Of a stretch of 64,000 bases of DNA, positions 18,144 through 27,641 are shown in pieces. A program made the position numbers and the translations under genes. Position 1 is the first letter of the stretch; each line of letters begins with the position of its first letter. A model generated the notes under the pieces. That model was not told where the DNA came from and made no database searches. It was given only the letters and a program-made list of their open reading frames with translations. This DNA comes from Candidatus Kapaibacterium sp. (GTDB taxonomy: Bacteria; Bacteroidota; Ignavibacteria; OLB7). The DNA lies in contig DATLHO010000017.1 of the NCBI GenBank assembly GCA_035539855.1, forward strand, positions 13,291 through 77,290, given 5' to 3'.

Positions 18144-21100
18144 CTACGGCCGCAGGTGGTCTTCGACCTCGCCCAGCAACGCGCCCGCCAGTCTCTCGAC
18201 CGCGTCGAGCTCCTGCTCGCACGCGTCCCACAGCTCGGCCCGCGCGGCCTGCTCGAGCTGCCGAGCATGCTCGAGTACCGAGGGCGCCTCGACGTAGGAG
18301 ACGGATCCCTTGAGCGTGTGCGCCGCGCGAGCGAGCGCGGTCGCATCGCGACCATCGAGCGCCGTGCGCGCATCGCGCAGCATCTGCGGCGCCGACTCGA
18401 GCAGCGCTCCGAGCACGTCGCGCACCAGCGCCTCGTCGCCGCCGAAGCGCGAGCGCGTCGTCGCCGCGTCGAAGATCGGAGCGACGACTGGCATCGCGCC
18501 GGGAGCCGCTGCGTTATGCCCGTCGCTCGGGTCAGGCGTCTCCGCGATGTCTCGTGCGCCCGCGACTCGCGCCTGCGTTGCGTCTCGCATGTCGGCGACC
18601 GGCGCATCCATTGCGTCGCTCGCTTCCGCGACCGGCGCGCCCTCGACGAGCGCGAAGAGCTCCTCGGCACGGATCGGCTTCGAGATGTAGCCGTCCATGC
18701 CGGCGTCGAGGCAGCGCTCGCGGTCGCCCTTCATCGCGTGAGCGGTGACGGCGATGATCGGCAGGTGGCCGCCGGTGAGCTGCTCGTGCGCGCGGATGGC
18801 CGCGGTCGCCTGGAAGCCATCCATCGTCGGCATCTGCAGATCCATCAGCACGAGATCGAACGTCTCGCGCTCGAGCATCTCGAGCGCCTGGCGACCGTTG
18901 ACGGCGACCGCGACGGAGTGCCCGCGCTGCTCCAGCAGCGTGACCGCGACGCGCTGGTTGACCAGGCCGTCCTCGGCCAGCAGGATGCGCCGCCGCCGAG
19001 GCACGGCCGCGTCGGCGTCGCGCTCGACGTCGCGCTCGACCGGCGTCGGCGACACCGACTCGGCGATCGCGTCGAAGAGATCGGATTGCTTGACCGGCTT
19101 GGTGAGGAAGCGCGAGATCCTCAGACGTCGACCGGTCTCCGCGTCGACCGGACGCGCGGCGGAGGAGAGGAGGATGAGCGTCGTGCGGTCGAGTGCGGTC
19201 TCCTCCCGGATCAGCTCGGCCAGCGACAGTCCGTCGATGTCGGGCATCATCGCGTCGAGCAGCACGAGAGGGAATGGCTCGGATCGCCCGGCGGCAGCGT
19301 GCATCAGCTCGAGCGCATCCTCGGCGCCCGTGGCAAGCGTCGGGACCATGTCCCAGCCGGCGAGCAACTCATGGAGGATCAGGCGGTTCGTCGCGTTGTC
19401 GTCGACGACGAGCACGCGCATGCCGCGCAGCTCCGCCATCGGCAGGCGCTGCGGCGCCGCGTGGCCGATGCCGAAGGTCGCGTTGAAGTGGAACGTGCTG
19501 CCGGAGCCCGGCGTGCTCTCGAGCCAGATCTCGCCGCGCATCATCTCGACGAGCTGCGACGAGATCGCCAGGCCGAGGCCGGTGCCGCCGTAGCGGCGCG
19601 ACATCGAGCTGTCGGCCTGCGAGAACGCCTGGAAGAGGCTCGCGGTCTGCTCCTCCGAGATTCCGATGCCCGTGTCGCAGACGGCGAACTGAAGCGTCAC
19701 CTCGCCATCGACGCGCGAGACCTGCTCGACGTTGACGACGACCTCGCCCTCGTCGGTGAACTTGATCGCGTTGCCGACGAGGTTGACGACGATCTGGCGG
19801 AGCCGGCCGGGATCGCCGATGAGCACATCGGGAACGTTCGGCGGAATCGAGAAGGCGATCTCGAGTCCCTTGTCGAACGCGCGCAGCGCGAGCGCCTGGA
19901 GGGTGTCGCCAAGGGCATCACGCAGGCCGAACGGGATCGATTCGAGCTCGAGCTTGCCGGCCTCGATCTTCGAGAAGTCGAGGATGTCGTTGAGTAGGCG
20001 CAGCAGCGACTCGGCGCTCTGCGCCGTGAGGCCGAGGTACTCGCGCTGCTGCGGCGAGAGCTCCGTGTTGAGCATCAGTCCGGTCATGCCGATGATGCCG
20101 TTCATCGGTGTGCGGATCTCGTGACTCATGTTCGCGAGGAAGTCGCTCTTGGCGCGGTTGGCGCTCTCGGCGACCTCCTTGGCGGCCTGCAGCTCGACTT
20201 GCGAGCGCTCGAGGTCTCCGGCGGTCTCGGCGAGCTGGCGGTGCTTGGTCTCGAGCTCGCGGCGGCTCTCCTCGCGCTCGCGCTCGGTCTGCCGGCGCTC
20301 CTCGTCGACGCGGGCGAGCGTGCGCGACGACCACCAGATGAGCGCCACGATCGCCGCGGTCGCCACGAGCGTGAACAGCGCGGCGCCGAAGCCGAGGCCG
20401 AAGAAGCCGGCCCGCTCGCCCTGCAGTCGCAGCCAGCCGAGTCCGAGCATCACCAGGAGCGCGCCGGGAATCAGGCGGCGCGCCTGGCTGCCTCCGATCG
20501 TCATGCTGGTCATCGTGCGGACCGGCTCGCGGTCCGGTCGCACCGCGAAGATCCCCACGAGCAGGAAGCAGAAGGTCACGGCACTGCTGAGCGCCATCGG
20601 TGCGCGCGCTTCGGTATCGAAGTTCTGATCGACCTGGTAGAGGTAGCCGGTGACCGACATCAACGCGATGACGAGCGCCGCGAGCGTCAGACCCTGTTGC
20701 AGGCGGTAGGAGTCTCGGACGCGCTGATCGAGCGTCGCCAGAGCGGTGCCGGCAAGCAGGAAGCTGAGCGACGTCAGCAGCGGCATGCCGTGGAAGCCGC
20801 CGCGGTCGGCGAACAGGATGCGGTCGATGCCGAATCCCGCGCCCAGCGCGTCGTCGGCCGCGCCCGCGATGCCGATCATCGCGACGACCGCGCCGAGCGC
20901 GTAGGCCAGCGGCTTCAGCCGCTGGCTGCGCGCCGTCTGGATGCGCAGCGCGATGCCGGCGAGCATGAGGCAGACCGCCGTCACCGGGTTCATCGCGCGG
21001 TTCGACGGGTGCAGCAGCGCCTTGAGGTAGGCGCTGTCGAACTGCCAGCCGATGAGCACCATCAGCGGAATGCCGACGACCACGCGCGAACAGAAGCGCG

Positions 21101-21149
21101 CGATGGAGATGGCACGGTCGGAATAGCGTCGGTCCGTCGGGTCGTTCAT
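18144..21149 (-). CDS. Hybrid sensor histidine kinase (multi-TM sensor, HisKA, HATPase, REC, REC, Hpt)
   Basis: H-box [12 protein letters not shown] boxes ([23 protein letters not shown]). Two receivers ([18 protein letters not shown]...SKP). C-terminal Hpt motif AHTLKGS. Start set at ATG 21149 inside the 1520-aa track ORF. Confidence 0.9.
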   Translation of the reverse strand: MNDPTDRRYSDRAISIARFCSRVVVGIPLMVLIGWQFDSAYLKALLHPSNRAMNPVTAVCLMLAGIALRIQTARSQRLKPLAYALGAVVAMIGIAGAADDALGAGFGIDRILFADRGGFHGMPLLTSLSFLLAGTALATLDQRVRDSYRLQQGLTLAALVIALMSVTGYLYQVDQNFDTEARAPMALSSAVTFCFLLVGIFAVRPDREPVRTMTSMTIGGSQARRLIPGALLVMLGLGWLRLQGERAGFFGLGFGAALFTLVATAAIVALIWWSSRTLARVDEERRQTEREREESRRELETKHRQLAETAGDLERSQVELQAAKEVAESANRAKSDFLANMSHEIRTPMNGIIGMTGLMLNTELSPQQREYLGLTAQSAESLLRLLNDILDFSKIEAGKLELESIPFGLRDALGDTLQALALRAFDKGLEIAFSIPPNVPDVLIGDPGRLRQIVVNLVGNAIKFTDEGEVVVNVEQVSRVDGEVTLQFAVCDTGIGISEEQTASLFQAFSQADSSMSRRYGGTGLGLAISSQLVEMMRGEIWLESTPGSGSTFHFNATFGIGHAAPQRLPMAELRGMRVLVVDDNATNRLILHELLAGWDMVPTLATGAEDALELMHAAAGRSEPFPLVLLDAMMPDIDGLSLAELIREETALDRTTLILLSSAARPVDAETGRRLRISRFLTKPVKQSDLFDAIAESVSPTPVERDVERDADAAVPRRRRILLAEDGLVNQRVAVTLLEQRGHSVAVAVNGRQALEMLERETFDLVLMDLQMPTMDGFQATAAIRAHEQLTGGHLPIIAVTAHAMKGDRERCLDAGMDGYISKPIRAEELFALVEGAPVAEASDAMDAPVADMRDATQARVAGARDIAETPDPSDGHNAAAPGAMPVVAPIFDAATTRSRFGGDEALVRDVLGALLESAPQMLRDARTALDGRDATALARAAHTLKGSVSYVEAPSVLEHARQLEQAARAELWDACEQELDAVERLAGALLGEVEDHLRP

Positions 21150-21724
21150 GCGGGGCCGGGGTCGAAGGGGAAGGGGAGCTGCCAGTCGAGCGTCGCGCGG
21201 AGCATCTCGAGCTCGGCCGCGAGCGCGATCGAGCGCCGTCGCAGCACGAGCACCGAGGCGTGCATGACCTCGAACTCGACGATGCCCGAGTGCAGCCGCA
21301 GCTCGAGCGGAACCAGGCCGAGCTTGCGGTAGAAGGGGATCAGGTCGACGCGCGCGATCGCGACGACGTGCGTGCCGCCGCGCCGCTCGACCGCACGCAA
21401 CGCAGCGATGCCAAGCGACAGCGCGGGTCGCTCGATTGCCGCGTCGCCGACGACGACGATGCGGACCTCGTAGAGGCCATCGTCGAACGCCATCGGCAGT
21501 TCTTCGCGCGCGAAGAAGCGCTCGATCGGATAATCGCGCTCCGGTCCGCTGATCTCGACATAGCCGGCGATCTCGCCGTGCTGCGTCGCGACGATGTACT
21601 CGTCGTCGGACCGATCGGTCTCCGGCGCGGCCACTCGAGGGCCCGAGGATTCGAGCCGGAAGTAGCGATGGTCGATCGCGTCGATGATCGAGCGATCCTC
21701 GGGAGTTGCAAAGGCGAGCTGCAT
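21146..21724 (-). CDS. GNAT-fold acyltransferase-like protein, translationally coupled to the hybrid kinase
   Basis: 192-aa ORF starting [11 protein letters not shown]. The stop and the downstream kinase start overlap as ATGA (21146-21149). The weak GNAT-like pattern ([10 protein letters not shown]...[14 protein letters not shown]...FYRKLG) was judged by eye only. Confidence 0.5.
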   Translation of the reverse strand: MQLAFATPEDRSIIDAIDHRYFRLESSGPRVAAPETDRSDDEYIVATQHGEIAGYVEISGPERDYPIERFFAREELPMAFDDGLYEVRIVVVGDAAIERPALSLGIAALRAVERRGGTHVVAIARVDLIPFYRKLGLVPLELRLHSGIVEFEVMHASVLVLRRRSIALAAELEMLRATLDWQLPFPFDPGPA

Positions 21725-21866
21725 CGGTCGGCGAATAGGTGAGCCGGGCCGCCAAAGATAGGCGATGCCGGAGGCTTCGCATCGCCACTTCTGTGCGATC
21801 TTGCGCCCCACGTTGTCGCGCTCGGCGTCCGCCGATCGCTCGTCCAACCCATCCTGGTGCATCGGT

Positions 21867-22946
21867 ATGTCCGACATCCGCATCCGCGAGCTGCGTGGGA
21901 TCACGATCCTGCTGGCGATCCTCGTCGTCTTCGTCATCGGCGTCGTGCTGCACGAGCTGAGCTCGGTGCTGCTGCCGTTCGTCATCGCGCTGCTGCTGGC
22001 GTTCATCTTCAAGCCGGCCGTGCTGTACCTGCAGCGACGGCGCGTGCCGATGGTCGTGTCGCTGCTGCTCGTCGTCGCGCTCGTCGGCGGCATCCTGTTT
22101 CTCATCTCGCTGATGATCTACTCGAGCGCCGGCGCGTTCATCGAGAATCTCCCGAAGTACCAGGAGCGGCTCGCCGGACTCAACGACCGCCTTGCCTCGC
22201 TCGTCGCGTGGGGAGCCGCGAAGGTCGGCGCCGATCCGGCGTCGATCGACATTGCGAGCATCGTCCAGTGGTCGACCGTCACCTCGGTCGCGACCACGAC
22301 GCTCGGCGCGCTGGTGAGCATGCTCTCGAACGGGTTCCTGATCCTGCTGTTCCTGCTGTTCATCCTCGGCGGCGCCGGGGAGCTCAGCCGCAAGGTCGAG
22401 CACGCCTTCGCCGATCGCACCGCCGAGCGCATCGCGTCGATCATCCGCAACATCGACGTGCAGGTGCGGCAGTATCTCGTGACGAAGACCATCCTCAGCG
22501 CCGTCATGGGCGTCTTCACGGCGGTGGTGCTCGCGATCTTCGGCGTCGACTTCGCGGTGCTCTGGGGATTGCTCGCGTTCCTTCTGAACTACATCCCGAA
22601 CGTCGGCTCCCTGATCGCGACGATCTTCCCCGCGCTCATCGCGATGCTGCAGTTCGATTCGTTCGCGACGCCGTTGATCCTGCTGATCATCCTCGTCGTC
22701 GGACACAACGTGAACGGCAACGTCATCGAGCCGAAGATGATGGAGTTCAGCCTCAACCTCAGCTCGGTGCTCATCCTCGTGATGCTCATTTTCTGGGGAT
22801 GGCTCTGGGGCGTCTGGGGAATGATCCTCGCGATCCCGATCACCTCCACGATCAAGATCGTCTGCGAAAACGTCGAGCCGCTGCGGCCGATCGCCGTGCT
22901 GATGAGCGGGAGGGTGGGAGCGATGGGGAAGAACGCGCCAGGGTGA
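21867..22946 (+). CDS. AI-2E family (PerM/TqsA-like) transporter
   Basis: Eight TM helices and the conserved tail ([29 protein letters not shown]). Start set at ATG 21867. Confidence 0.85.
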   Translation: MSDIRIRELRGITILLAILVVFVIGVVLHELSSVLLPFVIALLLAFIFKPAVLYLQRRRVPMVVSLLLVVALVGGILFLISLMIYSSAGAFIENLPKYQERLAGLNDRLASLVAWGAAKVGADPASIDIASIVQWSTVTSVATTTLGALVSMLSNGFLILLFLLFILGGAGELSRKVEHAFADRTAERIASIIRNIDVQVRQYLVTKTILSAVMGVFTAVVLAIFGVDFAVLWGLLAFLLNYIPNVGSLIATIFPALIAMLQFDSFATPLILLIILVVGHNVNGNVIEPKMMEFSLNLSSVLILVMLIFWGWLWGVWGMILAIPITSTIKIVCENVEPLRPIAVLMSGRVGAMGKNAPG

Positions 22947-23080
22947 TGGCGCGGAAGCTCCGCGACCCTTCGGTCACTCCCGCGCTCGCTAGCGAGCGGG
23001 ATTCGTGCCGTGCGCCTTGCACCCTTTGCCGGCCGGTCGTATGATGCGGGAGCGCACTTCGATCATCCCGCTTCACGTCC

Positions 23081-25267
23081 ATGCCGTACCGCCCGCTCGT
23101 CATTCTCCTGCTCGGCCTGCTCTTCGTTTCGCGGAGCACCGCCCAGACGTCCCCGCCGCGCGGCACCGAGTTCTGGGTCGCGTTCATGGAGCGGCTCGTC
23201 GATCTCTCCGATCCGACCGACCCAATGACGCAGTTGCGCCTGGAGATCGTCGCGGGCGATCGGCCGGCCGATGTGCGCGCGGAGATTCCCGGCAGCGGGT
23301 GGTCGGCCGTCGTCTCGCTCGCCGCCGGTGAGGATGGCGCCATCCTCGTCCCGTCGGCGCTGGCGGTGGCGACGGGCTCGGAGCGCGTCGAGAGCCGCGG
23401 CGTGCGCGTCAGCGCGAGTGCGCCGGTCCTGGTCTCGGCGATCAGCCATCACGCCGGCAGTGCCGATGCGACGATCGTCCTTCCGATCGAGGCGCTCGGC
23501 GGGGAGTATGTCGCCGCCACGTTCGATCCGTTCATGTTCTCGAGCACGCTGCGGGGACTCGCCGAGCTCGTCATCGTCGCGCCCGACAACGGGCTGACCG
23601 TCGAGATCACGCCGAGCGCCGCGACCGAGCGCGGACGTCCGGCCGATGTCCCGTTCACCGTCTCGCTGCAGAGCGGACAGACCTATCAACTGCAGTCCGA
23701 AGGCAATCTCACCGGCACGCGCGTTCGCGCGGTCGGCGGCTCGCCCTGCGACCGCTTCGCCGTCTTCAGCGGCAACATCATGGCGCTCGTCGGGGAGTGC
23801 AATTCGGTCGACCACCTCTACGAGCAGATGCTCCCCGTCGCCGCGCTCGGCCGCACCTACGCCGCGATCCCCTTCGCCGGACGCCGCGGCGACCTCCTCG
23901 AGATCGTCGCGTCGCTCGATGCGACCGTCGTCTCCGCCGGCGCCGCCACGACCACGCTCGATGCCGGCGAGCGGTTTCGCCTGCCGCTGGACACGGCGAC
24001 GCTCGTCCAGGCGTCGGGCCCGGTCGCGGTCGTGCAGTACGCGCGCGGCCGCGACTGCGACAGCGTCGGGACCCTCGACGGCGATCCGATGCTCGTGCAG
24101 CTTCGTCCGATCACGCGATCGGGGGATCTCGCGTTCGTCGCGCCGGGGTCGCTCTCGTTCACCGGACACCACGTGACCGTCGTCGCCGACGACACCGCGT
24201 CGATCCGCCTCGACGGCGCGCCCGTGACGGGGTTTCGCATGCTGCCCGGCTCGTCGACGCACGCCTGGGCCCGGCCCGAGATCTCCGGCGGCGCTCACAC
24301 GCTCGCGGGCTCCGGACTCGCCAACGCCACGCTCTACGGAAAGGGTCACGCCGCATCGTACGCCGTCGACCTGAGCGCGACGCCGAGCCTCGTGCCCACG
24401 AGCGCCGACGCCGCGATCGTCCGGCACTGCACCTGCGACGGCGTCGTGCTCGAGGCGCCCGAGGGCTTTGCGAGCTACCGGTGGTCGACGGGCGATTCGA
24501 CGCGCACGATCGTAGCGCGCGCCAGCGGACGCTACGCGGTGACCGTCGGCAACGGCGGCGAGTGCGCGATCACCAGCGACAGCGTCGACGTGATCGTGAG
24601 CGCGCCGCCGACGCTCTCGCTGGCGCCGGCGATCGAAACGGTCGATCCCGGCGAGGTCATCCCCTTCACCATCGCCGTGGGAAACCGAACGACGACGGGC
24701 ACCTGTCCGTCGAGCGTCGACCGCGTCGCGCTGCGCTTTCGCGCGACGATGCTCGCGCCCGAGGCGATCTCCGGCGGCACGATCGTCGGCGATACGCTCA
24801 TCGGAACCGACCGGATCATCACCATCCGACTCCGCCGCGACACGGTGCTGCTCGACATGGTCGCTGCCCTCGGCGACACGCTCGCGGCCGTCGTGACCCT
24901 CGAGGCGCTCGGCGGCGACACGTGTCTGCAGGCGGCCGGCGACACGCTCGCGCGGATCGCCTTCACCGGATGCGAGGTCGGTGGCCGGCGCTACTTCCTT
25001 GGGGGCGAGGCCGCCGCGATCAAACCGGTGCGGCCCGCGCCCGTGCTCGGCGAAGCGTCGGTCGAGATCCGTACGCTGGAGTCCGGCCCGACCCGGCTCG
25101 AGCTCGTCGATCCGCTCGGACGCACCGTGCGAACGCTTCTCGACGCCGCCGTCGAGCCGGGCGAGCATCGACTCCGTCTCGACGCGAGCGGCATCCTCGC
25201 CGGCGCCTACCTGCTCGTCCTCACGACGCCCTCGCGGCACGTCGTCCGGCGCGTCGTCATTCGGTAG
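23081..25267 (+). CDS. Secreted protein with IgGFc-binding-protein-N-terminal-like domain and T9SS C-terminal sorting domain
   Basis: Signal peptide followed by GTEFWVAFME, the typical start of this domain in FCB surface proteins. The C-terminal Por tail is LELVDPLGRTV...LAGAYLLVL. Confidence 0.75.
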   Translation: MPYRPLVILLLGLLFVSRSTAQTSPPRGTEFWVAFMERLVDLSDPTDPMTQLRLEIVAGDRPADVRAEIPGSGWSAVVSLAAGEDGAILVPSALAVATGSERVESRGVRVSASAPVLVSAISHHAGSADATIVLPIEALGGEYVAATFDPFMFSSTLRGLAELVIVAPDNGLTVEITPSAATERGRPADVPFTVSLQSGQTYQLQSEGNLTGTRVRAVGGSPCDRFAVFSGNIMALVGECNSVDHLYEQMLPVAALGRTYAAIPFAGRRGDLLEIVASLDATVVSAGAATTTLDAGERFRLPLDTATLVQASGPVAVVQYARGRDCDSVGTLDGDPMLVQLRPITRSGDLAFVAPGSLSFTGHHVTVVADDTASIRLDGAPVTGFRMLPGSSTHAWARPEISGGAHTLAGSGLANATLYGKGHAASYAVDLSATPSLVPTSADAAIVRHCTCDGVVLEAPEGFASYRWSTGDSTRTIVARASGRYAVTVGNGGECAITSDSVDVIVSAPPTLSLAPAIETVDPGEVIPFTIAVGNRTTTGTCPSSVDRVALRFRATMLAPEAISGGTIVGDTLIGTDRIITIRLRRDTVLLDMVAALGDTLAAVVTLEALGGDTCLQAAGDTLARIAFTGCEVGGRRYFLGGEAAAIKPVRPAPVLGEASVEIRTLESGPTRLELVDPLGRTVRTLLDAAVEPGEHRLRLDASGILAGAYLLVLTTPSRHVVRRVVIR

Positions 25268-25672
25268 CGAGAAAGGTCGGTGAGGTGTTCGCCTGATGTC
25301 CTTTTCTCGCTGACCGACCGGACGCGTCGACCGGAATTCTGTCCGCTTAACGCCGCGCTCACAATTTTGTCACCATCGTCTCCCACCACCTCCCGCGACA
25401 CTCCCCGGGATCCCCACGAGGGCAGTTCCACGAGTTCAACCGCAGCTTCAACTGAATGGCGTAACGTACTCTCATGTGCCGCGCGAGGTGGCCGATTCGG
25501 CTCCCCGGTTTCGGGTAACCGGCGACGTGAAACCGCTGTTTGACCCGAACTCTGGGGGTGCGCCGGCGGGACGAAAAAAGTTCTCCACAAAGCCCAAAAC
25601 CGCGCGAATTCAGGGAGAATGTGAAATAGGCGTTGGTTACTCACGGCTCCGCATGCCTATATTGCGGCCCGG

Positions 25673-25700
25673 GTGGGGAAAAGTGGGAGACGGCAACGGG
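25673..25700 (+). promoter_or_regulatory. Candidate MraZ operator (direct GTGGG repeats, 10-nt phase) upstream of mraZ
   Basis: GTGGG at 25673 and again at 25683, exactly 10 nt apart. A degenerate ACGGG lies at 25696. The site is 20-47 nt upstream of the mraZ ATG. A TATATT box sits at 25658-25663. Confidence 0.4.
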
Positions 25701-25719
25701 TCCAACGTCCGCGGTCAGC

Positions 25720-26178
25720 ATGTCCTTTTTCAAGGGTCGGGAAACATACTCGGTCGACGAGAAGGGGAGGGTGAGTCTCCCGGCGAAGATGCGTCGCAGC
25801 ATCGCGCCGGAGGCGAACGACACCTTCGTGATCACCCGTGGTCCCGACGACGACGCCTGCATCTATCTCTATCCGCTCGACGAGTGGAAGGTGATCGAGG
25901 ACGGGCTCAAGCGGCTCAACCAGTACAGCGAGCAGGACCGGTTCTTTCTGCGGACGCTGTTGTACTGGGCCGACGAGGTGACGATCGACCGGCAGTTCCG
26001 GATCATGATCCCGAAGTCGCTGCAGGAGTTCGCGGGCATTGGACGGACGGTGCTGGTCCTGGGCTCGATGGATCACATCGAGCTGTGGAATCCGGAGGTC
26101 TTTGACAAGTACCTGAGCAAGCAGCAGCAGTCATATGCCGCCGTGGCCGAGTCCGTGATGGGGCAGGCGCGGATGTAA
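25720..26178 (+). CDS. mraZ: Transcriptional regulator MraZ
   Basis: MSFFKGRETYSVDEKGRVSLPAKMR and a second SpoVT/AbrB-like half (DRQFRIMIPKSL). First gene of the dcw cluster. Start re-set to 25720. Confidence 0.9.
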   Translation: MSFFKGRETYSVDEKGRVSLPAKMRRSIAPEANDTFVITRGPDDDACIYLYPLDEWKVIEDGLKRLNQYSEQDRFFLRTLLYWADEVTIDRQFRIMIPKSLQEFAGIGRTVLVLGSMDHIELWNPEVFDKYLSKQQQSYAAVAESVMGQARM

Positions 26179-26205
26179 CGCGATCGGGAGCCTCGCAGAG
26201 CCATT

Positions 26206-27198
26206 ATGAGCCAATACCATCAGCCGGTAATGCTCCGCGAGACGCTCGATCTGCTGATCACCGATGCGGCGGGGGTGTATGTGGACGGGACGCTGGGAGG
26301 CGGCGGACATACCGCGGCCGTTCTCGAGCGTGTGCGGGGCGAGGGCGGGCGTGTGATTGCATTCGATGCGGACGCGGGGGCGATCGCGCACGCGGCCGAG
26401 CGCTTCGCCGGACCCGATGGCGCGCTGGCCGACGGCTCGCTCGTTACGCGCCAGGCGTATTTCCGGCAGGCCTGCGAGATGCTGCGTGAGGAGGGGATCC
26501 GGCCGACGGGCGTGCTGCTCGATCTCGGCGTGTCGAGCCGACAGCTCGACAGCGACCAGATCGGGTTGAGCTACCGGCTGACGATGCCGCTGGACATGCG
26601 CTTCGACCCGGAGTCGGGGGCGCCGTCTGCGCGGGAAATCGTCAACCGCCGGACGCCGGAGGAGATCGCGACCCTGCTGCGCACCTACGGCGAGGAGCCC
26701 GCCGCGTGGAAGATCGCGACGTCGATCGCCTCGGCCCGCTCTGGCCGGCCGATCGAGACGACGACCGACCTGCGCGGGATCATCGAGGCGATCATCCCGC
26801 AGAAGTTCCTGATGGCGACGCTCTCGAGAGTCTTTCAGGCGTTGCGCATCGCCGTCAACGACGAGCTCGGTGAGCTCGAAGACGCGCTCGACGCCTATGC
26901 CGATCTGCTGCGAGTCGGTGGCCGCCTGGTCATCCTCACCTATCACTCGCTCGAGGACCGTATCGTCAAGGATACGTTCCGCGAAGAGGCTCGCTCCTGT
27001 ATTTGTCCTCCCGAGTTTCCGGTCTGCCGCTGTGACAAGGTCCAGCGCTTGCGGGTGCTGACCCGCAAACCGGTCCTCCCCTCCGACGACGAGGTCGCGC
27101 TCAACCCGCGCGCCCGCAGCGCGAAGCTTCGCGCCGCCGAGAAGGTGGGGTCCGATGACCGGGACGCACGTTCGTCCAGTCCGTCCAGGAATCACTGA
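26206..27198 (+). CDS. rsmH: 16S rRNA (cytosine1402-N4)-methyltransferase
   Basis: HQPVML...DGTLGGGGH...DLGVSSRQLD...SYHSLEDRIVK. Confidence 0.95.
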   Translation: MSQYHQPVMLRETLDLLITDAAGVYVDGTLGGGGHTAAVLERVRGEGGRVIAFDADAGAIAHAAERFAGPDGALADGSLVTRQAYFRQACEMLREEGIRPTGVLLDLGVSSRQLDSDQIGLSYRLTMPLDMRFDPESGAPSAREIVNRRTPEEIATLLRTYGEEPAAWKIATSIASARSGRPIETTTDLRGIIEAIIPQKFLMATLSRVFQALRIAVNDELGELEDALDAYADLLRVGGRLVILTYHSLEDRIVKDTFREEARSCICPPEFPVCRCDKVQRLRVLTRKPVLPSDDEVALNPRARSAKLRAAEKVGSDDRDARSSSPSRNH

Positions 27199-27641
27199 TG
27201 GCACTCTCAACCGCATCGCTGGTCGCCCGGCGCTCGCTCAGCGGCGCGCGCACGACGTCGACGCCGAAGGCCCCGGCGCGCGAGCGGACGCCGCGTGCAC
27301 TTCGCCCTGCGCGACGGTGGTTGACGGCCCTGATGCTCTTCGTCGCGGCCGGCCTCGCGGTCGCCTACATCGCCAACGCCATCGCCGTCAATACTCTCGT
27401 GGCCTCGATCGCCTCGCTCGAGCGGGAGCGTGAAGGGGTCCGCAGCGACAACGAGCAGCTCCGCGGCGAGCTGCTGCGGATGATGTCGGTCGAACGCGTG
27501 ACCGCGCTGGCCTCCGGGCAGCTCGGCCTCGTTTCTCCCCAGCGACCGCCGATCGCCCTGGGCCCACAGGCGGGCACGGCAGCGGCGGCGCCGAACGAAC
27601 CAGAGGCATCAGGCCGTGGCGAGGAACCAGTCCGCCCCTAG
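27198..27641 (+). CDS. ftsL: Cell division protein FtsL-like
   Basis: Position between rsmH and ftsI. A single TM helix is followed by a coiled-coil segment. The start overlaps the rsmH stop. Confidence 0.6.
   Translation: MALSTASLVARRSLSGARTTSTPKAPARERTPRALRPARRWLTALMLFVAAGLAVAYIANAIAVNTLVASIASLEREREGVRSDNEQLRGELLRMMSVERVTALASGQLGLVSPQRPPIALGPQAGTAAAAPNEPEASGRGEEPVRP

Noticed and set aside
18144-22706. 1520-aa ORF on the - strand in the track
   Set aside because: It is a read-through artefact of high GC. The recognisable kinase begins at ATG 21149 (MNDPTDRR). Upstream of that the frame runs antisense to the AI-2E transporter gene and out of frame across the GNAT-like gene (which occupies the 21146..22105 frame), giving Arg/Asp/His-rich nonsense.
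23063-25296. ORFs 23063..25240(-) and 23797..25296(+) overlapping the T9SS cargo gene
   Set aside because: They are Arg-rich shadow frames. Only the 23081..25267 frame has a signal peptide, a recognisable N-terminal domain and a Por tail.
25268-25640. Possible small gene or structured RNA in the 450-nt region upstream of mraZ (ORF 25280..25543)
   Set aside because: The ORF translation is Ser/Thr/Pro/Arg-rich with no start context. I could not identify a convincing conserved structure by eye. The region is left as an untranslated or promoter region.
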